Positions 47,541 to 57,954 of a DNA stretch of 64,000 nucleotides are shown here, piece after piece. How positions within the stretch are numbered: the first letter of the stretch is position 1; each line of letters begins with the position of its first letter. A model generated the notes under the pieces. The model did no database searches, was not told where the DNA came from, and saw nothing but the letters and a program-made list of their open reading frames with translations. The position numbers and the translations under genes were made by a program. The DNA is from Candidatus Heimdallarchaeota archaeon. GTDB lineage: Archaea; Asgardarchaeota; Heimdallarchaeia; JABLTI01. Location: the NCBI GenBank assembly GCA_018238155.1, contig JABCTZ010000003.1:128001-192000 (forward strand), written 5' to 3'.

Positions 47541-49379
47541 TTGCTAGGGATTGATATTAGCTTGAATTTAGGTTCTGGAAAAAAAACTTCATCGGATTCC
47601 ATATTTTGGCAAAGAATGAATGAAATATTCCCATATCCAGCATATCGAAAAGAGCAATTTTCAATTATATCAGCAATTCAAAATGAATCTAACAAGACAT
47701 TGCTTATTGATGCAGAAACAGGGAGTGGAAAAACTGCTGCTGTTCTCTCTGCGGTATTGAGCAGAAAACAACCAGGAGAACGAATAGTAATTTTTACTAA
47801 AATGCTTAGTCAAATGGATGCCTGGTTTAGAGAATTAGGAAAGATTAACGATTTTAACAAAAAAATTGGTAATCCGATATATACAATAGTTCCACTTATC
47901 GGGAAAAGCCATGTCTGTTCATTGGTAACTCGAGAGACAAAAAAACAATTCGCTCAACTGGGGTGTGCCTTATTTGAATGCCCATATAATAAAGCGTTTC
48001 ATATTATAAAGGCACAAGAAAGTTCAGAATTGTTCTCAGCAAGAATTGCTAGAGAACTTGGTGAACATATCAAAATTGGTGTTGGATTATCTGAAGTACT
48101 GTGGACCTTGGAGAACAAAATAGAAAATTTCGGTTGTTCATATCTTGCACTTAAATGTGCATTAAATCAAGCTGATATAGTTATTACAACATATCCTTTT
48201 CTTTTAGAACCTGGATTACAAGAAATGTTATTTGAGAATATGTCACTAGATCTTAGAAATGCAACACTAATCGTGGATGAAGCACATAATTTAGCAAAAG
48301 GTGCAGTGGGAAGTTTAACATATCGAATGGTTGAACGTGCGATTGCTGAAATAGGACAAAATGAGATTTTAGATCAATTGTTGGATCTAAGAATGGAAGA
48401 GGGGTTACATACACTTAGTTTAGATGAAAATCTAGTGAAGGATCTAGAAAATAGAGGTAGACAATACCTCCTTTGGAGATTTGATAATGGGCACCGAGAA
48501 ATAAGCTATACATTGAAGGTAAGTGAATTTCTGAGAAGAGTAAATTATTGCTATTTAACCGCAGAAAAGAGATTCACACTTTTCTTGAAAGACCCAAGAA
48601 CAATTCTCAATTCAGTAAAACCTTCAAAACAGATAATACTTATGTCAGGCACTTTTCGCCCCTTGAATCATTTCGCAGATTTTCTTGGGGTAGCAAATGC
48701 CCATAAAGTTTCTGTACTCTCAGAAAAATTAAACTGTAATAGATTAATTTTAACAACAAGTGATTCTGAGTTAACGATGAAATATAACAAAAGATCAAAA
48801 GAGCTTTTTATCAAATATGGTGAAACCATAAAACAGCTTGCAGAAAAAATTCCCGGACATTCACTAGTCTTTACTCCAAATTATGAAGTTTCAACCATTA
48901 TTTCAACTTTAGTCGACACAGAATATTTTGAGAGACCTAATCAAGATGTTTCTAAATTGATTTCAGCAGTTACTTCAAGCAAAAAGAAAGTCATTCTTGT
49001 TGCTCCTGCAAGAGGAAAAGTATCTGAAGGTGTTGAATTTGTGAAAAATGATCGCTCTCTTATCTCCGCAGTTATAATTGCTGGGTTACCCTATCCTCCT
49101 CCTTCAAGATCTTTAAAAGAAATTACTAAAGAATATAGCAAATTTTGGGGTGAAGAGAAAGCAACACATTATATGAATTATCTCCAAGCTGCAGTAACAA
49201 TGAGACAATGTTTGGGGAGAATGTTGCGCTCAGAAAATGATATTGGCGCATGGATAATTCTTGATAATAGAGTTAATAATATGAATATCTTCCCAAGATC
49301 GATTGAATGTAAAAATACCGCTAGAATGTTGGAAAGATTGATTTTCTTTTTCAGCCAACATGAAATGATTTGCAAGTAA
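47541..49379 (+). CDS. XPD/Rad3/DinG-family Fe-S helicase
   Basis: FPY..YR..Q, ETGSGKT, four Cys in the Fe-S region, DEAHN, MSGT, SEGVEF, GLPYP, Q.LGR..R; exact start uncertain. Confidence 0.92.
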   Translation: MLGIDISLNLGSGKKTSSDSIFWQRMNEIFPYPAYRKEQFSIISAIQNESNKTLLIDAETGSGKTAAVLSAVLSRKQPGERIVIFTKMLSQMDAWFRELGKINDFNKKIGNPIYTIVPLIGKSHVCSLVTRETKKQFAQLGCALFECPYNKAFHIIKAQESSELFSARIARELGEHIKIGVGLSEVLWTLENKIENFGCSYLALKCALNQADIVITTYPFLLEPGLQEMLFENMSLDLRNATLIVDEAHNLAKGAVGSLTYRMVERAIAEIGQNEILDQLLDLRMEEGLHTLSLDENLVKDLENRGRQYLLWRFDNGHREISYTLKVSEFLRRVNYCYLTAEKRFTLFLKDPRTILNSVKPSKQIILMSGTFRPLNHFADFLGVANAHKVSVLSEKLNCNRLILTTSDSELTMKYNKRSKELFIKYGETIKQLAEKIPGHSLVFTPNYEVSTIISTLVDTEYFERPNQDVSKLISAVTSSKKKVILVAPARGKVSEGVEFVKNDRSLISAVIIAGLPYPPPSRSLKEITKEYSKFWGEEKATHYMNYLQAAVTMRQCLGRMLRSENDIGAWIILDNRVNNMNIFPRSIECKNTARMLERLIFFFSQHEMICK

Positions 49380-49398
49380 AAATTGATTTTTCTTATCA

Positions 49399-49414
49399 TT
49401 TAGCTCTTTTAAAG
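49399..49414 (+). promoter_or_regulatory. TTTAGCT-TATA promoter element (TTTAGCTCTTTTAAAG)
   Basis: Exact consensus copy upstream of the large surface-protein operon. Confidence 0.65.
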
Positions 49415-49469
49415 CAAAATTTTACCAGAGATGTTTGAGAATGAAATAGAATCATCAGAGGTTGAAAAA

Positions 49470-52400
49470 ATGAAAAAGAAAGCACTGATCTTAATTGCAC
49501 TTTATATATTAACGATTGCAATATCTGCGAACAATACAATTGGAAATTCTTTTCCAAAAGAATATCAAATTGTCTATGATAATCAAGATTTGGAAAATGG
49601 TTTTATTAGCTTTGAAGTTCAAGAAGAAGCACAAAATATCCCAATTAATAATGATATATCTCCTTCAGATTTGACTTCTCCATCATATACAAGCTTAGCT
49701 CTTTCAGAGAGTGATCCAATAGGAGAAGGAACAAATGTATCATTACAAAGCATTACGACATCTAGTGGATATGGAGTTTCCTCCGGTGAAGTTGATTTTC
49801 TAGATTTTAAACTCTACAAAGTAGAAAATGACACAACCTCTGACATAATCTACTCAAATAAATTAGCCGTAAAAATTAACATCCCTGAAGATATGACAAT
49901 ATTTGGTTTTATTATTGATGTAACGCCTACCATTAGAGAAGATGTCAATTTCTATATTAGGAACAGTCTTTCGGGTGCTAACTTAAAAACAGGTCTTATC
50001 TCTGAAAGTATAGGTGATAGTGCCCATACTGATCAACAATTATTGCACGTTCCTTTCAGCTATTCTGGAACAAGTGGTTCCTTATCCTTAGTCGCCGATA
50101 CTGATTATTATATTATACTGGAACCAACAATTTCAAACTCTTCTTCATTTTTTAAAATCACTCAATCTGATGATACTCCTGACAACATGGGTGTATTTAC
50201 TTGGACAGGAAGTGCTTATGAAGAGATAAATTCGGATATTCATTTCTATTTCATAACCCAACAAAATCAACTCACAGTAAACGAACCTGTGAATGGAAGT
50301 GGAGAAGCAACTACAACTTGGGTACCAATTACAACAGGTGATTACTCAATAGTTGCTTGGTATGGAGGATCAATATTTTATAAAGAGAGTTTTGGGTCAA
50401 TCTATAGACGTGTCATTCCTTCACTGGAGATATTCCATGTAACAGTAAATTCTGCTTCTGCAGCCTATCAAGATGAAGTAAATATTCAAGCATCTGTTCT
50501 AACTGAATCCTTCTCTCCTGCTCTTGGAACTACAGTTCAATTTTCATATTCTGAAGATGGATTTTCATGGATATCAATTGGAATTGGCATTTGTGATAGT
50601 TTAGGTGTAGCAACTATTGATGTTCAACTTGATTTACAAACAGATAATTATTCATTAATGGCCAAAGTAAATGAAGTTTCATATGATGAAAGCTATTTGC
50701 TAATTTCTCCTGAAACAGTTATTTGGTCAAATATTGTACTAGAAGGGTCATATAGAAATAATTTCGGTTATCCATCTGAAGTGAAATTAACAACAACCAT
50801 TCTAGTAGAAGATAATGATGGAATCATTATACCAAATATGGATTTTGATTTTTGGTATCTAATCGAAGGTGAATTTGAACGCATACCACATGCTTTCACA
50901 ACAAATGAAAGCGGAATGTTTGATGTGGTTTACTCAATAGATGATCTTACAGTTGGTACATTTTCTAATACTCATTTCTTCTGTCCTGCAGATTATGAAA
51001 TAAATTACGAAGGAGATTCAGAATTTGGTGACTCCGTTGTTCACCGTGGTAATTTTAACGTTGAGATCGATGATTATAGTATTGATTGGTTTGATGATGT
51101 AGAGTTTGTTACTCGAGTAGTATCTATTGGTGATGGTATCAGCGATATTTCTGTTGAATTTGCTTACTATGCAAATAACCAATGGAATAACATTGGCACT
51201 GTAGAAACAAATAGCTCAGGATATGCAATCTATACTTGGAATCAAGTTGATCTACTAATGGGTATCTATCCTTTGAGAGTAAGGACACAAGAAACTTCAT
51301 TTTTCAATTCAAACGAATCTGTATGTAGCTTTGCAGTTGGAAAAAGTGATATTATACTTCTTATCATGAATGATGGAGAAGCAAAAGGGAATGGAGAAGA
51401 AATCGATGTTGAATTTACAACTTCTATGAACCTCGTATTCTACGTAGAATTTTCAGATGGTTCACCTGCACCAAATCTTCTAATTGAAGTTAAAGGGCGA
51501 TTATTAGGTGAAGTGTTTTATCAGACACTTGGATTCATCACAACAAATGGTTCTGGGTATGCGACTCTAACGAGTTACGAAGAATTGGATTTAGTTGGAT
51601 ACCAATATACATGTATTGCAGAAATAGCTGAAAATGGGCAACACAGTGGCGCACAACTCTACTTCAAAATAAACCTTCAAAAATGCACTCCTGTAATCAT
51701 CTTTACTAATCATCTAGGAGAAAAAGGTGCTTTCGTAGAATTCACCGCACAATTGTTTAACTCTGAAGACTTAGCCCTAGAAAATGTTGTAGTGCAATTC
51801 GTAATCAATGGTATAATCCTTGAAGGAACAACAGATCAAAATGGTTTTACTAGAATTCTTTATGCTCCAATAATCAATGTAGGACAACATACTATCTATT
51901 GTCGTAGTGTTGAAGATGATTTCTTTAACGATGTTCAGGTTGAAGCTGAATTAACACTCAATAAAGGAATACCATATCTTTCTGTACTTGAAGCTCATGG
52001 GAAAATTGACGATTACATAACGATCAAGTTAATAGCTGTCGATTCGTTAGGTCGACCGATAGAAGGTCTAGTAATTAGAATTACATTTGATAGTTGGAGT
52101 CAACTCTTAACTACAGATGAATTTGGTTTAATTGATTATACATTTCAAGCTGGTGATATTGAGGTTGGAAGCTATTTGCTCATTCTTTCGTTTGAAGGCA
52201 ATAATAATTGGGTGGATATTGTAGAAACTGAGTCATTAATTATTACAGCATCTAATTCGATCATTGAATTACAGCAAGAGGCAATCATCAAATCCTTTGG
52301 TGAAGAATTGGTACTGGAAGCTATTCTTCTATCTGAATTAGGCAATCCAATAAATGGGCGATTAATAGAGATTGTAATTTTCTTTGATAATGGAACATAT

Positions 52401-54545
52401 CTTGTTTTAGGGCAAGATATTACAGATATTAATGGTTATGCGCAATTTACAATTGTAATTCAAATAACACCTGATACTTATGAAATCGGTGTGCGCTATT
52501 CCGGGGATCTTGAATTTGGTCCGTCTTCTGACAGCACAAATCTTGTAGTGCAACAAGCAACAGCTATCTTAATTGGCGATAATTTCGAAGGAATTCAGGG
52601 TTCAACTGTATCCTTTCGTGTTACCTTGGTGGATCAATTTGGTGTTTTAATTTCCAATCAAATAATCGAGCTTTATTATTGGGAGGATGATTCATGGACA
52701 TATATCGGTGCCTTCATCACATCTTCATTTGGTGTTGCTGAGCTCTCAATGCATGGACCATCTTCTCTTGGTGTGCATTACCTAAGAGTAAATTATAATG
52801 GCAACAACAATTACACTTCAGTTTATCTGCCCATAGAGATGACTATTGTAGAACCTCCTCCAAAAATCGTTCCAGCAATAACTTTAGTTGTAAATAAGCC
52901 AATAATTGCTGACCACGAAATAGGTCAAATAACTATCTCTGTTTCAAATGCACTTTCAGGTGCATCCATTGAAGCTTTTGTGTATGTTAATAATGTGTTA
53001 TTTGAGGTTGTTACAATTGTCAATGGTTTAACAATTTACTATTGGAATTCTTCTGTCACAGGCACGTTTACAATAAAATTTGTTACATTGGCTGATTCAG
53101 TATATGAAATAGCAGTCAAGTCAATCGCAATTGAAGTGGAAACAAATTTATCTCCTGAATTAGTTAGCTGTTCTTTCATAGAATACTTGTGTGAGGGAGA
53201 TCTATTCTTTTTTGATGCACTATTAACTGATTCATCAGGAATGAAATCTGTTTGGTGTATTTTAAATGGAACAAAATATGAAATGAGTTTTGTAAATGGA
53301 AAATATGAAGTTACGATCTTCTTGTTACAGAAGGGACATTACATTATTAGTATTCAAGCAGAGGATAAGCAAGGAAATATTGCAAATTACTTACTTAAAA
53401 AAGTATTAACAGTTCATGACAGAAAAACACAACTGGTTGATTTTAATTTAAAGTCAAATATAGTTGAAGAGGGTAAAAAATTCACTTTCGCTGTTTTTAT
53501 CTATTCAGAGAATTCTATCAATGAAATCATTTTGATGATGAATTCAACAGAATATTCAATGTCTTTCAATTACCAAACAAGTCAACATAGAAGTGTTTGG
53601 AAAATAACCATAAACTCTCTGAAAGTAGGAATATATGAAATTCGAATTAAAATCAACGAAGAATCAAAAGATTCTTTCATATTCAATGTTGAAGAAGAAA
53701 TCTTGGTTATTCCTAAAACACCACTGCTAACCAAATACGAATCTTCAATAATAGATGACGGAATAGGCGATTATATCTCTGGGAACGTCACAATTAAATC
53801 CTATTATGAACTAAGTTCAGTGCAAATTTGGATAGATGATCAACTGATTACAGTGATTAAAATTGGTGAAGGGATATACTCATTTTACGGTACTGTTTCT
53901 ACAGCAAAAAATCATCTATTAACAATTAGAGCAGTTGATATTAATGAAAGAGTTTTGAATGTTCAAATAGAACTCAAACAAGAACCCGAAGCAAATATAA
54001 TAATGATTTCATTATTGATATCCGGCGTATTACTAATGTTTCTATTAAGTGGTGGGGTATTTGTTGCTTCAAAGTATTTGAAGAAAAATCCCACAAATAG
54101 CATTGATTCACAAATCGAACTACCTGAAATTGAAGAAACAATCTCTTCCCCTGGAAATCCCTCAGATGAAGAACCAAATGATGAATTTATTGACTCAGAT
54201 AATTTAGCTGTAGTTTCAACTTGCCCTATAACAGTTGAGACAGAAGAATCTAGTGAAATGGAAGAACAACATGATGATGATCTAAAACAGGTCAAAGAGT
54301 ATTTACAAAAAGTAAAAGAAGATGGTCTAATCGAATATGTAAATGGTTCTAAAGATAATGGCAATGAGGAACATGCCTCACTCGATCAATTAACCACATT
54401 TTCTATTGAAATTGATCAAAGAGTATTACCAAAGAATCTCCTAACTGCCAAAATGATTACAGAGTCAGAAGAAGAGCTTTCACAATCTACTGTCTTTAAT
54501 TTAAAAGAAATTGCCGATGAAATTGAACAAATATTTAGTGAATAA
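49470..54545 (+). CDS. Very large cell-surface protein with tandem Ig-like beta-sandwich repeats, one TM helix and an acidic cytoplasmic tail
   Basis: Signal peptide from ATG 49470; recurring T...G.A and G.Y.h...Y.G motifs about every 100 aa; TM near aa 1525-1548; about 150-aa acidic tail. Confidence 0.85.
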   Translation: MKKKALILIALYILTIAISANNTIGNSFPKEYQIVYDNQDLENGFISFEVQEEAQNIPINNDISPSDLTSPSYTSLALSESDPIGEGTNVSLQSITTSSGYGVSSGEVDFLDFKLYKVENDTTSDIIYSNKLAVKINIPEDMTIFGFIIDVTPTIREDVNFYIRNSLSGANLKTGLISESIGDSAHTDQQLLHVPFSYSGTSGSLSLVADTDYYIILEPTISNSSSFFKITQSDDTPDNMGVFTWTGSAYEEINSDIHFYFITQQNQLTVNEPVNGSGEATTTWVPITTGDYSIVAWYGGSIFYKESFGSIYRRVIPSLEIFHVTVNSASAAYQDEVNIQASVLTESFSPALGTTVQFSYSEDGFSWISIGIGICDSLGVATIDVQLDLQTDNYSLMAKVNEVSYDESYLLISPETVIWSNIVLEGSYRNNFGYPSEVKLTTTILVEDNDGIIIPNMDFDFWYLIEGEFERIPHAFTTNESGMFDVVYSIDDLTVGTFSNTHFFCPADYEINYEGDSEFGDSVVHRGNFNVEIDDYSIDWFDDVEFVTRVVSIGDGISDISVEFAYYANNQWNNIGTVETNSSGYAIYTWNQVDLLMGIYPLRVRTQETSFFNSNESVCSFAVGKSDIILLIMNDGEAKGNGEEIDVEFTTSMNLVFYVEFSDGSPAPNLLIEVKGRLLGEVFYQTLGFITTNGSGYATLTSYEELDLVGYQYTCIAEIAENGQHSGAQLYFKINLQKCTPVIIFTNHLGEKGAFVEFTAQLFNSEDLALENVVVQFVINGIILEGTTDQNGFTRILYAPIINVGQHTIYCRSVEDDFFNDVQVEAELTLNKGIPYLSVLEAHGKIDDYITIKLIAVDSLGRPIEGLVIRITFDSWSQLLTTDEFGLIDYTFQAGDIEVGSYLLILSFEGNNNWVDIVETESLIITASNSIIELQQEAIIKSFGEELVLEAILLSELGNPINGRLIEIVIFFDNGTYLVLGQDITDINGYAQFTIVIQITPDTYEIGVRYSGDLEFGPSSDSTNLVVQQATAILIGDNFEGIQGSTVSFRVTLVDQFGVLISNQIIELYYWEDDSWTYIGAFITSSFGVAELSMHGPSSLGVHYLRVNYNGNNNYTSVYLPIEMTIVEPPPKIVPAITLVVNKPIIADHEIGQITISVSNALSGASIEAFVYVNNVLFEVVTIVNGLTIYYWNSSVTGTFTIKFVTLADSVYEIAVKSIAIEVETNLSPELVSCSFIEYLCEGDLFFFDALLTDSSGMKSVWCILNGTKYEMSFVNGKYEVTIFLLQKGHYIISIQAEDKQGNIANYLLKKVLTVHDRKTQLVDFNLKSNIVEEGKKFTFAVFIYSENSINEIILMMNSTEYSMSFNYQTSQHRSVWKITINSLKVGIYEIRIKINEESKDSFIFNVEEEILVIPKTPLLTKYESSIIDDGIGDYISGNVTIKSYYELSSVQIWIDDQLITVIKIGEGIYSFYGTVSTAKNHLLTIRAVDINERVLNVQIELKQEPEANIIMISLLISGVLLMFLLSGGVFVASKYLKKNPTNSIDSQIELPEIEETISSPGNPSDEEPNDEFIDSDNLAVVSTCPITVETEESSEMEEQHDDDLKQVKEYLQKVKEDGLIEYVNGSKDNGNEEHASLDQLTTFSIEIDQRVLPKNLLTAKMITESEEELSQSTVFNLKEIADEIEQIFSE

Positions 54546-54626
54546 AGGATTGGAGGGGTAAGAATTCTAAAAAGAAACTCATTAAAGAATAAAGATGCTT
54601 TCCGCACAGCACTAAAAAATTGGTTA

Positions 54627-55799
54627 GTGACATTTGTAATTCTCCTTTCTTTTAGTAGTTCTTTCTTGAAAATTAATCAAGAATCCAATGCCTATATAGA
54701 TTATTCACTAAATGAGCTAATACAAAGTTCTGTTCAAGAATATACTTTCTTGGACTTGGGAATAACAATAAACCAATTTGATTGGTCTGAAAAGGGTACA
54801 TTCCAACTGTTTGTAAACAAATCATTCGATATCAAAAATGACGGTCCAATTGTTTTACTATTGGAATTTTCTACTCAAGGGGACAAACCAGATAGTCCTG
54901 GTTATAAATTAATAGGCGAATTTAATCAACAATTATTTGAAACATCAATCCCAAGGTGGATGATTGGTAGTTCTGATGATCATGAAGTAATTAAACAATT
55001 AGCTGTTCCTCTTGAAGGAGAAGGAAGATTGTATGGTAACTATTTCGAGCTGACAATTGAAGCCAAAAATGAGTTTGATGCTTTTGCTGAAGGATCTTTA
55101 CAAATCCTAGGAAGCTCGAAATTTATGGTCGGTGATGATTTGCTCATTGACGCTTTTGGTCATTTTTCAGCAAAAATGCACACTGACTTTTTGTTTGGTT
55201 CGACTACTTTAGGTGGAATCAGAGCTCACTCATATATTCGAATGACGATAAATAATGAAACACTCCTATCCCATGGACTGTACCACCTGCAATTTTCATT
55301 AGAAATTCATGGAGAAGTTGCTTTTTCTTTATTTTTATTTGATACAAATGAACAATCATTTTCCATGGAAAAAAATCAATCAGACGACTTTACTTATGAT
55401 ATTGCCGCAGAAATTTCTCCTGTTTTAGGGATTAATCTCTACACACTTGAAATAGCAATCTATGGCGAAAATCTTTGGAGTTCAACTTTCAATATTAGTA
55501 TTTCAAATGTGTATTTAAATGTAGAATATTTTGAAGAAGGTGGGTTTGGATTTGATGATCTTGAGATACATTTCTTCCAATGGCCTCAATATCCTGTTAT
55601 AGGGATAATAATTTTAGCGATTTGGATTTTACCTTATTCTGTTCTTAAATATCGAGCATGGAAGAAGCTTCCTGGAGAAGTAGAAATCAATTTTCTTGAT
55701 GACGATGATGCGATAAACATTCTGGACCCAGACGGGATGTCTGTAGAAGATCAAGATGATGACATCGATGAAACATTTGAATTTGATGAGGATGTGTAG
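54627..55799 (+). CDS. Secreted beta-rich protein with C-terminal TM helix and acidic tail
   Basis: Hydrophobic N-terminus, TM VIGIIILAIWILPY, D/E-rich tail; true start may be ATT 54564. Confidence 0.8.
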   Translation: MTFVILLSFSSSFLKINQESNAYIDYSLNELIQSSVQEYTFLDLGITINQFDWSEKGTFQLFVNKSFDIKNDGPIVLLLEFSTQGDKPDSPGYKLIGEFNQQLFETSIPRWMIGSSDDHEVIKQLAVPLEGEGRLYGNYFELTIEAKNEFDAFAEGSLQILGSSKFMVGDDLLIDAFGHFSAKMHTDFLFGSTTLGGIRAHSYIRMTINNETLLSHGLYHLQFSLEIHGEVAFSLFLFDTNEQSFSMEKNQSDDFTYDIAAEISPVLGINLYTLEIAIYGENLWSSTFNISISNVYLNVEYFEEGGFGFDDLEIHFFQWPQYPVIGIIILAIWILPYSVLKYRAWKKLPGEVEINFLDDDDAINILDPDGMSVEDQDDDIDETFEFDEDV

Positions 55800-55801
55800 A
55801 A

Positions 55802-56581
55802 ATGACTAATGATTCAACAGTGCTGATAGAACAACAATCACTAACAACAAATAATGAAAATAACTCTTCAGTAAAAAGACTAAAAGATAAAATGACAGAA
55901 ATACTTCCATATTTAAAACCTGATCTAATAAATTCAATAATTTCTTTCATGGTTTTCCTAATTATATTATTAATTTCACAAAAATTACTGATATCATTTC
56001 TAATCACTATTCTAACCTACTTAACAATTAGCTTGTTCGTTAAACCTGTCATTGTAGAGAAATTTGGTTCAAACCTAAATTTCCCCGGGTTTTCTAGCTC
56101 AAAAACGAAGACTGGAATTATTGATACAACAAGCAAATCAACTATTTTAATTCGTCAAGACAAATTTTTGGTTTGTTTAGCTTTATTGAAAGTAGAATGG
56201 GATTTGAGTTATATACGATTAGTCAATCTTTGGGACTTCTTTCAAGAAGAAGGAATACAAATTCATGATTGTAGAGAAGGTTGTTTCTTCGTCATTAGAA
56301 AAAAAGGTCGTTTCAAAAATAGTAAATCTATTGAAGATGATGCGAAAAAATTAATCAAAGAAATTGAAAGAACAACACTTCTAACTAGAAAAAAAATCGA
56401 CTTGGAATATGATAATTTTCATTTACGTTTAGTAAAAGGACAAAAGAACATTTTAATGATTCTAAATTTGGGCTTAGCTCCCAATAAATTCAAAATCTAT
56501 CAAGAAATGTCCGAAGAGGATTTTTCAAGCTTACGATTAGTTTCTTCGGAAGTGCAATCTAAACAAGGACGTGAAGAATAA
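55802..56581 (+). CDS. Two-TM membrane protein with soluble C-terminal domain
   Basis: TM hairpin at about aa 43-80; 2 nt after the preceding stop. Confidence 0.75.
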   Translation: MTNDSTVLIEQQSLTTNNENNSSVKRLKDKMTEILPYLKPDLINSIISFMVFLIILLISQKLLISFLITILTYLTISLFVKPVIVEKFGSNLNFPGFSSSKTKTGIIDTTSKSTILIRQDKFLVCLALLKVEWDLSYIRLVNLWDFFQEEGIQIHDCREGCFFVIRKKGRFKNSKSIEDDAKKLIKEIERTTLLTRKKIDLEYDNFHLRLVKGQKNILMILNLGLAPNKFKIYQEMSEEDFSSLRLVSSEVQSKQGREE

Positions 56582-56587
56582 ATAAAG

Positions 56588-57271
56588 GTGAAAACTATGG
56601 CTTTTGATTCGTTTAGTATCTTAACATTGTACAAAGCAATCGAACTAATACTCATCTTCTGGATATTGGGTTTGTTATTCAAGTGGGTACTTGCTTTTGT
56701 TTTCGGTGAAAAAGGGGCAAAGATGATTGGGTTCATCGGTTATGCAGTTAACTTTGCTTTAAAGAAATTCATTCTGACAAAAGTTTTCAGTATTGAAGTT
56801 GAAGAGAGTAATCCTTTCAAATTAGCTTTCAAACATGAAGAAACAAAGAGATGGGATATCTTGTTTACATCCCTAGTATTAATACCAATGAGTCTTGGGT
56901 TAGTATTAGGTGTGTTAGTTGGAACGATCGGTTTAATATTAGAAGAGGAGCTGGTAATTTTATCTATCTTTTTATACATTTTCGGTTTTCTAATTTCAGT
57001 TAATTCTGTACCAACTTTTCAAGATGTAAAAGAGTTAAAAGATTGTTCTGCTCGGTCAATTCTAATCTGGTTTGGAATAGCAACAATTCTATGTGCAATC
57101 ATATCTTCTCTTTTATATCCATTCATTGAAGCTTTGGGGATTGTACTTGGAGTTATAACTGGTATCTTGATCACAACTCTCATGACATTCTTTATACCTC
57201 CATTATCCGAAAAAATGAACTCAGAAGAAAGCGCCTCATTAGTAGGAGGAACAGTTGATTTAGATGGATAA
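56588..57271 (+). CDS. Multi-pass membrane protein, possible degenerate membrane zinc-metallopeptidase fold
   Basis: About 6 TM segments; GYAVNFALK where GxxxHExxH would be, and NSVPTFQD. Confidence 0.65.
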   Translation: MKTMAFDSFSILTLYKAIELILIFWILGLLFKWVLAFVFGEKGAKMIGFIGYAVNFALKKFILTKVFSIEVEESNPFKLAFKHEETKRWDILFTSLVLIPMSLGLVLGVLVGTIGLILEEELVILSIFLYIFGFLISVNSVPTFQDVKELKDCSARSILIWFGIATILCAIISSLLYPFIEALGIVLGVITGILITTLMTFFIPPLSEKMNSEESASLVGGTVDLDG

Positions 57272-57950
57272 TGGTTTATTGATTTCTTCAAGAATGGTTG
57301 AGAGACCATTCATCCAAAGTGGAAAAGTTACTCATATCTATGGTCCGCCAAAAATTGGCAAATCAACTCTTTCAGCAACCATTGCTCTTGAGCTTGCTAA
57401 AGAAAGAAAAAAATCAATCATTATTTCCACAGAACGTCCCATTGAAATCAGAATGGAATCAATGTTAATTGCAAACGAGGAGTACTCTAAAGAATTATTA
57501 GAACACATCTCAACTGCAGATATTTTTACAATTGACGAGCTGTTTCTTACTATTGAAAACGAGCTTCAGAATTGCATTCAAGATGTTTCATTGATAATAA
57601 TTGATTCATTGACTTCAACATATCGAATAGATGCCGGACCAATTGCTTTAACCCTTCTCAGGAAAGCTCTCTCAACACTACAAGCATTAGCAATAAATAA
57701 TAAATTAGCAATTATGTTTACTAATCAAGTTGCTTCAAAAATGGATCAAACGGATGATTTTCGACCTGTGGCTGCTGCTTCTACTAGAAGCTATAGTGAT
57801 ATTACAATCCGTCTCTCAAAAAAGAGAGATGATAGTACTGAAATCACTTTTGAAAATATATTAGGTGAGGAGGAAGCAGTATTAGATTCCTTTTCAATAA
57901 CATCTGCCGGAATTGAAGAAATACTTCAAATATTTGACTTCCAAATGTAA
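57264..57950 (+). CDS. RadB-like RecA-family ATPase (core domain only)
   Basis: G.VTHIYGPPKIGKST, STE, IIIDSL...YR, FTNQV; overlaps the upstream gene. Confidence 0.85.
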   Translation: MDNGLLISSRMVERPFIQSGKVTHIYGPPKIGKSTLSATIALELAKERKKSIIISTERPIEIRMESMLIANEEYSKELLEHISTADIFTIDELFLTIENELQNCIQDVSLIIIDSLTSTYRIDAGPIALTLLRKALSTLQALAINNKLAIMFTNQVASKMDQTDDFRPVAAASTRSYSDITIRLSKKRDDSTEITFENILGEEEAVLDSFSITSAGIEEILQIFDFQM

Positions 57951-57954
57951 AATT

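Noticed and set aside
49470-54545. Fusexin/HAP2-like fusogen
   Set aside because: Tandem Ig-like repeats without the disulfide-rich class II fusogen pattern; an adhesin is more plausible
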